A stretch of 64,000 nt of DNA, from NCBI GenBank assembly GCA_024643755.1, contig JAHEMG010000008.1:928-64927 (forward strand), in the 5' to 3' direction. Positions within the stretch are counted from its first letter, which is position 1, and every line of letters starts with the position of its first letter. The stretch is from Flavobacteriales bacterium. GTDB taxonomy: Bacteria > Bacteroidota > Bacteroidia > NS11-12g > UBA955. The notes below the pieces were generated by a model, which was not told where the DNA came from, searched no databases, and saw nothing but the letters and a program-made list of their open reading frames with translations. The position numbers and the translations under genes are program-made. Positions 12,074-21,203 of this stretch are shown here, piece after piece.

Positions 12074-13978
12074 TTAGTGTGCTACCTGTAATCCCAAAGA
12101 AGAAATACCTTCTTTTGATTTGATGCGCACTTGGTACAATCCTTCGGTCAAAGTGTTCGTTGGAATCACCACACCCTGATTTCCATTTACTGAGCTGTAT
12201 GACTGACGATATACTTCACGTCCCAATGCATCTACCAACATAACTTCCAAGTTGGCTTCAACACCGTTGAACTTAACCAATACTTGATCGCTGGCTGGGT
12301 TAGGCATCATGTTCAAGTTCATCAACGCCTGAGCGCGTGTGCCCACGTTGGTTACTTTCAAGTCAAAATACATGGTATCAGACAAACATGGAGGATTGTT
12401 GGCAATCAACATGATCTTAAATGTACCATCAGCACTGAATGTATAGGTGGGTTTTGGTTGGAAACTCTCGTTACCATCACTGTAATTCCAATATACATTC
12501 GCTGCGTTGCTTCCCGTAAATTCAAACTGGAACTTACGTCCGCCCAAACTGGTCACCTTATACGCAGCAGAAGGCTTCAATACGCCGTAGATGGTTTTTG
12601 TCTTGATGGTTTCACATCCCGCAGTGTTTTTTACCGAAACTTGGTAGCTTGAACTTGCACCATTGGCTTTGGCAAAAGTGGTACTGGTTGTTGAGCCAGT
12701 ACTCCAAGCATAAGTATATGTTTGTGGAGGACCTCCTACAGGTGCCACAGTAGCAGTCAATTGCACTGAATCACCCTCACACACCATGGTATCAGTTGCA
12801 GTCAATGTCACATTCGGTCCGTTTTGAATTTGAACAGCTACGTTACGCTGACCCGTACATCCCTTGTCGTCAATCCCTGCAACTGTATAAAACGTAGACG
12901 TCGTTGGCAGCGCATAAATGGTATCGCCCGTATTGGAGCTCAATCCAGTTGTTGGCGTCCATGAGTAGGTCAAGGCACCACTAGCTACCAACTTCACACC
13001 GGTTGTTGCACCAGCACACAAGGTGGCATTGTTTGGCGTTACCGTGATGGTTGGAGGTGTTGCAGTGTTATCGATCCAAATGCGAATGCAATTCGATGTG
13101 TCTATTTGTCCACTACTTGCACAAGTTACAATCGCACGGATATAGCGGTATTTACCAATAGCCGCACTGAAATTCGCAGTATTCACATTGGTTGTCCAAG
13201 CGTTTGTGGTGAATGTCGCTGAATCCGTAGAGGTTTCATACTTAATAGAAATACCTGTAGATGCAGTATTTCCAGCCAAAGTAATGGTAGACGGACCTAC
13301 CGCGCCGCATACATAGTAGGTAGAAGCACTCAAAGTACCTGCATCGGGTTTGCCTTCACAGAATGTTGGATAAGCATCCCAAGTTACGCTGTCAATGAAG
13401 ATATTACCACCGCTAGCGCCGCCGCGTGCTGTTGCTTGAATCAAGAAGTAGTTGGTAGTTCCAGTGAAAGAGGATGGAATCGCAAAGGAATATTTGTACC
13501 AACCGTGGGCCACTGAATCAGGATAGGTCTTTTTCGCATAACGTGTAATACCACCCAAACGCTTGGCCCCCGTTAAGCTTCGCGATGTGTTAAACCAAAC
13601 CGTTACAGAATCATCGGTATTGTATACGGTGTCGCGGAACATGTACAATGAAATGTAAGAATTGGCACTGCCACGCTTACTCAAGTCGATCACAGGAGAA
13701 CCCAAGGTTTGTGTTCCTCCGGCTGTAGCGCCTCGAGATGAAAAACGTGCCATCCCCGCACCACCAAAAGGGGTACAAGCTGGCGTAGTACCTGCGTTTG
13801 CAGTGGTACGGCGCGACCAAGTAGGTGCACCAGGTCCGCCACCAAATCCAACGGTTTGCCATCCGGCAGGAGGAAATGCAGTTCCCTCAAAACCCTGTCC
13901 GGTGACTGTTTGTGCCATCAAATCTGAGCCTAAAAAGGCCAGACCCAACGACATTGCATAAGTAAGTATTTTTTTCAT
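12074..13978 (-). CDS. T9SS-secreted surface protein (choice-of-anchor-J-like N-domain, Ig/PKD-like repeats, type A CTD)
   Basis: Signal peptide MKKILTYAMSLGLAFLGSDLMAQ. N-terminal FEGTAFPPAGWQT motif. Cys-containing Ig-like repeats. The C-terminus (PNPASDQVLVKF...LYQVRIKSKEG) is typical of a Por/T9SS sorting domain. Confidence 0.75.
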   Translation of the reverse strand: MKKILTYAMSLGLAFLGSDLMAQTVTGQGFEGTAFPPAGWQTVGFGGGPGAPTWSRRTTANAGTTPACTPFGGAGMARFSSRGATAGGTQTLGSPVIDLSKRGSANSYISLYMFRDTVYNTDDSVTVWFNTSRSLTGAKRLGGITRYAKKTYPDSVAHGWYKYSFAIPSSFTGTTNYFLIQATARGGASGGNIFIDSVTWDAYPTFCEGKPDAGTLSASTYYVCGAVGPSTITLAGNTASTGISIKYETSTDSATFTTNAWTTNVNTANFSAAIGKYRYIRAIVTCASSGQIDTSNCIRIWIDNTATPPTITVTPNNATLCAGATTGVKLVASGALTYSWTPTTGLSSNTGDTIYALPTTSTFYTVAGIDDKGCTGQRNVAVQIQNGPNVTLTATDTMVCEGDSVQLTATVAPVGGPPQTYTYAWSTGSTTSTTFAKANGASSSYQVSVKNTAGCETIKTKTIYGVLKPSAAYKVTSLGGRKFQFEFTGSNAANVYWNYSDGNESFQPKPTYTFSADGTFKIMLIANNPPCLSDTMYFDLKVTNVGTRAQALMNLNMMPNPASDQVLVKFNGVEANLEVMLVDALGREVYRQSYSSVNGNQGVVIPTNTLTEGLYQVRIKSKEGISSLGLQVAH

Positions 13979-13992
13979 GATTAATAATTAGT

Positions 13993-16755
13993 CTATTTTT
14001 TTGCATCCACAACCAAGAAGGTCCCCTGTCTCACCATATTCCTGAACCCGGAAACACTCTCGTCGAACGTCACATTCACAATATACACGTACATCCCTGT
14101 CATTACTGGCTCGTCCATGTACAACCCATTCCACGCTTCAGTAACCGGACGTTTATCAAACACACACTCACCCCAACGGTTGTAAACACTCCAAGTACCT
14201 GATTTCACTGCGCAGGTTTTACCCCAATCATCAACAAACATGGGCTTCACCTCATCGTTAAGTCCTTGCGAAGAATATGGCGAAAATGCCGTTGGCATCC
14301 ACATCTTACAATCACAACGAATGGCATTCACCTTCACCGTGTCTCGGCGCTCACCGCAGGCATTGAATGTGTGTAAACTGTAAAGCCCCGACTGTGAAAC
14401 ATTGAGGTTCCCTGTTTTAGCCCCTGTGTTCCACAAGTACTTGCTGTAACCTGAGAATTGCGCGCCCTTCAAGGTATATGAAACCCCTCCACAGAACCAC
14501 TCTTCTGCAACCAGACGTTTTTCAGGAACCGTATCCTTATAGATATAAAATGTATCAGTACGCACCCCGCAATCATTGGTCATCGTGAGCCAGAACTTGC
14601 CTGTACCCATAATCACGCGCTGGGGCGAACCAGTCATATCATCCCACTGATACCCCTTTACATCGGGGTGGGTCATATCCAAATTCCAAGCGAAGTTGCT
14701 GCTGCAAAAAGTGGTATCCTTCACCCGACTCTTGGTAGGCGGCAGCTTGATCTTGATGTCAAACGTATCGTAAGCAACACCACACAAATTCGTGACTACC
14801 AACGTGGCTTGCGTAGAGGTATAAAACGTCTTAGGCACCATGGTATCTCCATCAGACCATGTATACAAACTCGCAGGTATCTTCGGAAAATCAACCACGA
14901 TATTCTTACCAATACACACACCAGTATCAGCAATCTTGGGCGATACCGGAGGTAATAACAACTTGAAGCGCACAGAATCTACCCTGCTGCCACACGCATT
15001 TCGGGTATCCAACCAAAAGACCCCGGGTTTGGTAAAGGTGCGGGTAGAAAGCGTACTACCATTGTCCCAAACATATTTACAGAAGGGTTGAGCCACATCG
15101 ATGGTGTAGTTGAACGGACTCTTGCAAAACAACGTATCCTTCAAATTGGGCTTTACCGGCGCAGAGGCCTTACCAACTACAACCGTATCCTGTCGCGTAC
15201 CGCAAGCGTTGATTGTATTGATATAAAACGTACCATCAGTCGTAAACGTACGCGTGGGCGATGTTCCTCCGTCTGTCCATGCATAACTCTCAGCTAAAGC
15301 CTGCGTGGCATTGGTCGATACACTCGTGGTAGACGGACACATAACCAAGGGCGATGTAACTACTTTGATGGGCATCGGACAGGCCTGCGTACAGTTAACC
15401 GTTTGGTTGATGTAAAAAGAAGTCGTATCAAAATTCACCGTAGCCAAATCACCAAAACTACTGGCGGTATAACTTGCGGAAGTAGCCCATGTCCAAGTCA
15501 ACGCCGTATTGTTCACCGTAGAAGTTGTCGTGCCACAGTTGGTGTTACACGGACTGTTGATCATAAAATTATTGTGCACCCCGGCGGAGTTATCTACGCC
15601 AATAGCCACCATTCCTCCTTTGGGCATCGAAGCAAACGAACGCATAAAACCCGTAAGGGCGAAGTTTGTGTTACCATTCGACAATATTTTCTGGGTTTGG
15701 GTTGTTGCGCCCGTAGCTGTATCAATCTGAACCAACAATTGTCGGTTATTGGCAAAAGTTTGGTAGGTTGAACTCAACCACAACGAGCCCCCTTCCAGAA
15801 CTAGGTGATGTCCGGTTTCATTTACATTGTTCGCACCAATGCTGCGCGTCCACTTACGGGTTCCATCCGCAGTAAAAGCACATACCATGATTTGCGCAGT
15901 AAGGGCAGCACCCGTGGTTCCTACTGTATAGATGGTTCCTCCCGGCGCAACAAGCACGTGACCAAATTGGTTGATGCCATTGCTCGTTCCTTTCCAAAGC
16001 GATCTTACCGTACCATCATTTTTCACATACACCGCAAAAGGATACGTCTGCAAAGATCTCGCCCAACCCGTGATTACCCATTCATTGCCCACACGAGCTA
16101 CTCCCCAACCATGGTGTTCATTGTTACCCATGTCGAGGTTTAAAGTCCACTTGGTCACCCCGGTACTGTCCAATTGGGCCGCGATCAAATTCCGTTTTCC
16201 CGTTAACTGCGCCCCCGTTCCTACTACAATGATGGTATTAGCGTCATAAACCAACACATGATTCCATACATCACTTTGTCCGTTCCTACTTGAACTCGGC
16301 GTTTCGCGAGTCCACTTGAGTTGCCCTCCAGGCGTGAAATAACTGACCGTTCCCAAAGAGGCATTCACAGAACCAACTACACTGGATCCAACAGCAACCG
16401 CGCCACCCGAAGGCGTTGTGGCCAAATCATTGATAATTTCATTAGAACCCGTCCCCTTAACCCCGTATCGGATTGCACCTACAATTTTCCCAGTATCATC
16501 GTATTTCATCAACCACCCATCTCCATGATTGGCACCATTGACCGTGCCATAACCTGCAACCCAAAATCCTTTACTGCGGTTTGATACCGCCATGGTATTC
16601 CATGAACTAAATTGACGCGTGCCAACTACTTTTTCGGTGTTTGTGAAATACTGTCTTTTGATAAAAGGATAGCAAATCTGAGCGCTCGAAAATAATGTGC
16701 TAAAAAATAATATAACTGATACTAAAGCAATTTTTAATTCTATGCGGGTTTTCAC
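13993..16755 (-). CDS. Large T9SS type B (gliding-motility-associated, CHU_C-like) CTD protein with beta-propeller and five repeat modules
   Basis: GTG start plus signal peptide. The N-terminal part has SBBP-like propeller repeats. There are five ~75-aa modules (Y.W.DG.T...TF...G.F...T.NACG.R.D). The C-terminal CDCKMWMPTAFSPY...GLNDEVKP...VYNRWGECVF matches the type B sorting domain. Confidence 0.8.
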   Translation of the reverse strand: MKTRIELKIALVSVILFFSTLFSSAQICYPFIKRQYFTNTEKVVGTRQFSSWNTMAVSNRSKGFWVAGYGTVNGANHGDGWLMKYDDTGKIVGAIRYGVKGTGSNEIINDLATTPSGGAVAVGSSVVGSVNASLGTVSYFTPGGQLKWTRETPSSSRNGQSDVWNHVLVYDANTIIVVGTGAQLTGKRNLIAAQLDSTGVTKWTLNLDMGNNEHHGWGVARVGNEWVITGWARSLQTYPFAVYVKNDGTVRSLWKGTSNGINQFGHVLVAPGGTIYTVGTTGAALTAQIMVCAFTADGTRKWTRSIGANNVNETGHHLVLEGGSLWLSSTYQTFANNRQLLVQIDTATGATTQTQKILSNGNTNFALTGFMRSFASMPKGGMVAIGVDNSAGVHNNFMINSPCNTNCGTTTSTVNNTALTWTWATSASYTASSFGDLATVNFDTTSFYINQTVNCTQACPMPIKVVTSPLVMCPSTTSVSTNATQALAESYAWTDGGTSPTRTFTTDGTFYINTINACGTRQDTVVVGKASAPVKPNLKDTLFCKSPFNYTIDVAQPFCKYVWDNGSTLSTRTFTKPGVFWLDTRNACGSRVDSVRFKLLLPPVSPKIADTGVCIGKNIVVDFPKIPASLYTWSDGDTMVPKTFYTSTQATLVVTNLCGVAYDTFDIKIKLPPTKSRVKDTTFCSSNFAWNLDMTHPDVKGYQWDDMTGSPQRVIMGTGKFWLTMTNDCGVRTDTFYIYKDTVPEKRLVAEEWFCGGVSYTLKGAQFSGYSKYLWNTGAKTGNLNVSQSGLYSLHTFNACGERRDTVKVNAIRCDCKMWMPTAFSPYSSQGLNDEVKPMFVDDWGKTCAVKSGTWSVYNRWGECVFDKRPVTEAWNGLYMDEPVMTGMYVYIVNVTFDESVSGFRNMVRQGTFLVVDAKK

Positions 16756-17047
16756 AGGTTTTCTGTACTTTATGCGTTTATGGAAGACAAAAATCTACAA
16801 TTGGTTGATTAACAACCAAAAAAGTTTGTCACAGTTGCGTGGAACACAAATTTTTGGACAACCCCCCAAGAAAAATTGCAATTTTTTCAAAAAAAAATTA
16901 AAATCCATCCGGTACCACAGGCAAATTCTGCCAACGCAATCGCTTCACTTGCATTTTTCGCAGAATCGCCCCGGTCTACTTCGCAGGATTTGGAGATTGT
17001 GAAACAAATTACCGACCTTTACACCTTCAAGGCTTTGTTGTTATACA

Positions 17048-17617
17048 GTGGAAAAACTCATCATCTTTTCAGCACCCTCGGGCTCAGGCAAAACCACTGT
17101 GGTTAAGCACCTGCTATCGGTTATGCAAGACAAACTTGCCTTCTCCGTAAGTGCCACCACCCGCAATCCCAGACCGGGTGAAGAAAATGGCAGAGAATAT
17201 CATTTCCTTGACCTCAATGATTTCCGCAACAAAATCAAAGAAGGTGCCTTCCTCGAACACGAAGAAGTATATGCAGGAATCCTTTATGGGACCCTTTGGA
17301 CAGAAGTCAGAAAAATATGGGCCGAAGGCAAAGCCGTTGTTTTTGACGTAGATGTAAAAGGTGGCCTCAACCTCAAACGAGAATTTGGCGACCAAGCACT
17401 CGCTGTGTTTTTACGTCCGCCAAGCGTTGATATCCTCATGGAACGCCTCACCAAACGCAGTACCGAAGTAGAACATCAACTCCAAGAGCGTATCGCCAAA
17501 GCCAACTACGAATTGAGCTTTGAATCACAATACGATACCGTAGTCGTGAACGACAAATTGGATGAAACTTTTGCCACCTGTGAAAAGCTCGTCAGTGATT
17601 TTATCGCCAAGCCCTAA
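17048..17617 (+). CDS. gmk: Guanylate kinase
   Basis: GTG start. P-loop SAPSGSGKTT, plus SATTRNPRPGEENGREYHF and the remainder typical of Gmk. Confidence 0.9.
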   Translation: MEKLIIFSAPSGSGKTTVVKHLLSVMQDKLAFSVSATTRNPRPGEENGREYHFLDLNDFRNKIKEGAFLEHEEVYAGILYGTLWTEVRKIWAEGKAVVFDVDVKGGLNLKREFGDQALAVFLRPPSVDILMERLTKRSTEVEHQLQERIAKANYELSFESQYDTVVVNDKLDETFATCEKLVSDFIAKP

Positions 17618-17651
17618 ACAAAACCCTCTCTAGTTTCGTTTACATAGATAC

Positions 17652-18242
17652 ATGCGCGTAGGATTATATTTTGGATCGTTCAACCCCCTGCACATCGGAC
17701 ACATTCAGGTTGGGCGATACTTCCGAGATATCCAAGCCTTCGACGTAATATGGTTTATCCCATCACCACTCAACCCGCACAAATCAGAAGAGACCCTCGT
17801 ACCAGCAGATCTGCGTTTGCAATGGGTCAATCAAGCGCTGGCCGAGGAACAAAATATGGTTTGCTGCGATGTTGAATTTGGTCTCGGATTACCAAGCTAT
17901 ACCCATCGCACAGTAACACACCTTCAATCACTACACCCCGAACATACTTTTTCACTGATTATGGGGGCCGACAACCTTTTACACTTCCACAAATGGAACC
18001 ATGCAGAAGAACTCGCCAACATCTGTCCACTGTACGTATACGCACGTCCAGGATACAACAAACCCCAAGAACCCTTGCCTTTTGGTGCCAATTGGCACGA
18101 TGCACCCCTGCTGCATATATCAGCCACCGAAATTCGCGACAAACTCACCAACCACCAAGACATTAGCGCCCTCGTCCCTTCAAGCATCCTGCCCCAGGTC
18201 GAGACTTTTTTTCAGCACTTTTTCGCGGAACAAGACCAATAA
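17652..18242 (+). CDS. nadD: Nicotinate-nucleotide adenylyltransferase
   Basis: GSFNPLHIGH (HxGH nucleotidyltransferase motif), ISATEIR (ISSTxxR-type motif), 196 aa. Confidence 0.9.
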   Translation: MRVGLYFGSFNPLHIGHIQVGRYFRDIQAFDVIWFIPSPLNPHKSEETLVPADLRLQWVNQALAEEQNMVCCDVEFGLGLPSYTHRTVTHLQSLHPEHTFSLIMGADNLLHFHKWNHAEELANICPLYVYARPGYNKPQEPLPFGANWHDAPLLHISATEIRDKLTNHQDISALVPSSILPQVETFFQHFFAEQDQ

Positions 18243-19100
18243 ATACCCCACGGTAAAGGTCACAACCACACTGTACAACGCATACACCAACGCCGGTTTC
18301 TCCATCGCAGGCATCCGCAACTTATCACCCGCAATCAACAAGGCCAACGCCGTATTGTGTAACCCCACCTCAATGGCAATCGTAATTCGGTTGCGATAAC
18401 TGAGCGCAAATGGGATGCCCACCGCAAAGCCCAACAACATCGACAACACATTGAGTCCGATTACATAAGGCGTTAAAATAAGAATGTCGCCGGCCGACAT
18501 ATCCGTACCCCCCTGATCCTGTCCCGCCAGAATTTTAAACCCAAAAACCGCCAGCAGCAACAGGGGCAAAATTACATTCAACCACTTGCTGATGCCAGAT
18601 ACCCTTTTTCCCAACCGCAATCGCGTGGCCATCCCCAACCAAGCCGGGATGATCGTAACTACGAAAATCTCCAAAAGGGTATTCCAAAATGGCAGAGCAA
18701 CCGATGTCCCCTGGTTCATAATGTGCGTGAGAAACAAATTCACCATTAGGGGGATCGACAACAGCGATAGCAATGCGTTACAAACCGTGAGCGACACCGC
18801 CAAGGCCACATTGCCCTTGACAAAATAACTCACCAAATTGGAAGTGATACCACCCGGACAAACACTCAAAATCATGATACCCACCTTCCATTCGGGCGAT
18901 AACGGCGCTGAATATATCAACACCGCGGCCAGCATCGGCAATAACACCATCTGTGCAAACAATCCAATTGCCAAGGATTTTGGTTGGTCAAACAGGGCTT
19001 GAAAATCTTCACGCTTCAAGGAAAGTCCCAACCCAAACATGATCAGTGCCAGCACCCCATTGAGGAGATAGTTGATATTAATGACCGACAGGAGTAACAT
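18180..19100 (-). CDS. Bile acid:sodium symporter (BASS/SBF) family transporter
   Basis: ALIMFGLGLSLKREDF and SVCPGGITSNL motifs; polytopic. The start is uncertain (ATG 19098-19100 or TTG 19122-19124). The 3' end overlaps nadD convergently by 63 nt. Confidence 0.75.
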   Translation of the reverse strand: MLLLSVININYLLNGVLALIMFGLGLSLKREDFQALFDQPKSLAIGLFAQMVLLPMLAAVLIYSAPLSPEWKVGIMILSVCPGGITSNLVSYFVKGNVALAVSLTVCNALLSLLSIPLMVNLFLTHIMNQGTSVALPFWNTLLEIFVVTIIPAWLGMATRLRLGKRVSGISKWLNVILPLLLLAVFGFKILAGQDQGGTDMSAGDILILTPYVIGLNVLSMLLGFAVGIPFALSYRNRITIAIEVGLHNTALALLIAGDKLRMPAMEKPALVYALYSVVVTFTVGYLLVLFREKVLKKSLDLGQDA

Positions 19101-19737
19101 ACCAAGCGTGCAGCAGAACGACAAAATGATAGGTAAAATACAAACCGATGGCTGATAAAATCGCCCCGAAGTATCGATTTACCAATTGATATACCCGATC
19201 GCTCAATTTCTTTCCAATGTAATCGCTGAGATACACCTTGCCCAAATCCAGGGCCAACAGGGTACACAAAATGGTGATCAATTCAACCAAAATAAGGGTC
19301 CTACCGTGTTCAGTATGTGCCTCCCCGCCAACGCTCAATGTGGCAATCACACTCACCCACAGCAGCATCACAAAAGGATTGATGATATTCATGAAAAATC
19401 CCCGGTACACCGATGCCGAGGCACTCACCTTGATTTCAGGCAACGTATGGTGTTTTGTAAAAACCGATTGAATCCCCAAATACAGAATGGCTGCGGCCGC
19501 CATCCCAGTAAAAACCAATTGAAAAGACGCTGTTGTGAAATATCGACTCAGACCAAAGAAGCAAAGCAATGCTACGAACATTTCGCTTAAGAATATGCCC
19601 AAAGCGACTTGCATCCCTTGCTTTTTACCGCCTTGAATTCCCGTGTGGATCAGCGTAAAGAAAGAGGGCCCAAAACTGAGCAGTCCGATCAAAAAACCGT
19701 ACCAAACTCCCTTCCCTATAGATAGCAATAATTCCAA
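19078..19737 (-). CDS. LysE/RhtB-family amino-acid exporter
   Basis: About 219 aa with 5-6 TM segments. N-terminal GFLIGLLSFGPSFFTLI is typical of LysE translocators. TTG start. Confidence 0.65.
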   Translation of the reverse strand: MELLLSIGKGVWYGFLIGLLSFGPSFFTLIHTGIQGGKKQGMQVALGIFLSEMFVALLCFFGLSRYFTTASFQLVFTGMAAAAILYLGIQSVFTKHHTLPEIKVSASASVYRGFFMNIINPFVMLLWVSVIATLSVGGEAHTEHGRTLILVELITILCTLLALDLGKVYLSDYIGKKLSDRVYQLVNRYFGAILSAIGLYFTYHFVVLLHAWYVTPVGH

Positions 19738-19791
19738 AGTGTTGGGCGCAAATTAGCCCCGAAAAACGGCAAGTACAAACCGGTTTCAGGA

Positions 19792-20607
19792 TTAGCCCAA
19801 TTTATCCGACACTCGTTGTAAAAACGCGCGCGATAACGAGGGATGCGCTGCCACAATCTCTCGCTGAAACAACACTTGGTGTCCGCCAGAAAAATTCGAC
19901 ACAAACCCACCGGCTTCTTCCACAATCAGGGCGCCCGCTGCTACATCCCATGGGGCTAGGCCCATTTCATAAAACGCATCGAACCGGCCTGCCGCCGTAT
20001 AAGCCAAGTCAATCGCAGCTGAACCCATTCTGCGCAATCCATGCGTTGCGCGCATCAAATCGGACAGCAACTCAAGGTATGGCGTCATTTTTTCAAAGTC
20101 GTAATAGGGAAATCCAGTGGCAATCAACGACTGCGACAACGACACTTCACCCTCTAATTGCAATGTTCTGCCATTGAAATAAGCACCTCCACCGCGAACG
20201 GCGGTAAAGGTCTCACCCATGGCTGGCGCATGCACCACCCCCAACTGCGTATCACCAGAATCCCATAACGCCACACTCACGGCAAAGACCGGAAGTCCGT
20301 GTAGGAAATTCGTTGTCCCATCCAACGGATCAATAATCCAAGTGGGTTCATCGCTCAATACTGAATCAGGGTTAAATTCTTCGCCGATAAAACAGGATCC
20401 GGGTAAAATGGCCGACAATCCATCCATCAATCGCTGTTCGGATTCTTTGTCAACAAAACTCACCAACTGATTGAGCCCTTTGTCAACGATATCACCCGAC
20501 TTTACCGATTGCCAATGTTGCAACTGAAAGTCCCCAACCTCCACACACAGCGATTCAACCTGTGATAACCAACCCTGCAATTGCGGGAGTGTAAAGGCAG
20601 AAGTCAT
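19792..20607 (-). CDS. Inositol monophosphatase family protein (SuhB-like)
   Basis: IGEE, WIIDPLDGTTNF and GSAAIDLAYTAAGR motifs of the IMPase family. Confidence 0.85.
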   Translation of the reverse strand: MTSAFTLPQLQGWLSQVESLCVEVGDFQLQHWQSVKSGDIVDKGLNQLVSFVDKESEQRLMDGLSAILPGSCFIGEEFNPDSVLSDEPTWIIDPLDGTTNFLHGLPVFAVSVALWDSGDTQLGVVHAPAMGETFTAVRGGGAYFNGRTLQLEGEVSLSQSLIATGFPYYDFEKMTPYLELLSDLMRATHGLRRMGSAAIDLAYTAAGRFDAFYEMGLAPWDVAAGALIVEEAGGFVSNFSGGHQVLFQREIVAAHPSLSRAFLQRVSDKLG

Positions 20608-20610
20608 TAT

Positions 20611-21027
20611 TTAACAATGGGTTGCGTAAGCACCTTGAAGGTTATCGGCAACCATATCGGCTGTTCTACCCTCAATCATGTGACGCTCAACCATGTGCAC
20701 CACTTCGCCACCTTTGAACAAAGCAACTGCTGGAGACGATGGTGGGTAAGGTGCCATATATTCACGAATCTTTGCCACAGCATCTAAATCCTGTCCGGCA
20801 AACACTGTCACCATTTTCGCAGGTTTCTTATCGCCGGTCAATGATTTCAATACCCCAGGACGAGCAGAACCTGCTGCGCATCCGCATACAGAATTCACCA
20901 TCACCAACGTGGTATCTTCATTTCCTTCCATGAACGCAACTACTTCATCAGCCGATTTCAATTCGGTAAAACCGCCGTTTGTCAATTCAGCACGCATCGG
21001 TGCTACAAGCATTTCTGGGTATGGCAT
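20611..21027 (-). CDS. BrxA/BrxB-type bacilliredoxin (YphP/YqiW, DUF1094)
   Basis: 138 aa with a CGCAAG redox motif in the NSVCGCAAGSARPG context; full-length similarity to bacilliredoxins. Confidence 0.8.
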   Translation of the reverse strand: MPYPEMLVAPMRAELTNGGFTELKSADEVVAFMEGNEDTTLVMVNSVCGCAAGSARPGVLKSLTGDKKPAKMVTVFAGQDLDAVAKIREYMAPYPPSSPAVALFKGGEVVHMVERHMIEGRTADMVADNLQGAYATHC

Positions 21028-21203
21028 AAGGGTTAAATATTAATTTTTACAAAGATACAAAAATTGCTTGGTGCAACTATTCGAGATTCTTGCGTCATTT
21101 CAACAAAACATTGTTCAGTAAACAAGTAAATTTCAGTAAATTTCAGGTTTACAAACGGACAACAAAATTGAACGAACCCGTGTCTCTATTAAAAATTCAA
21201 TAC

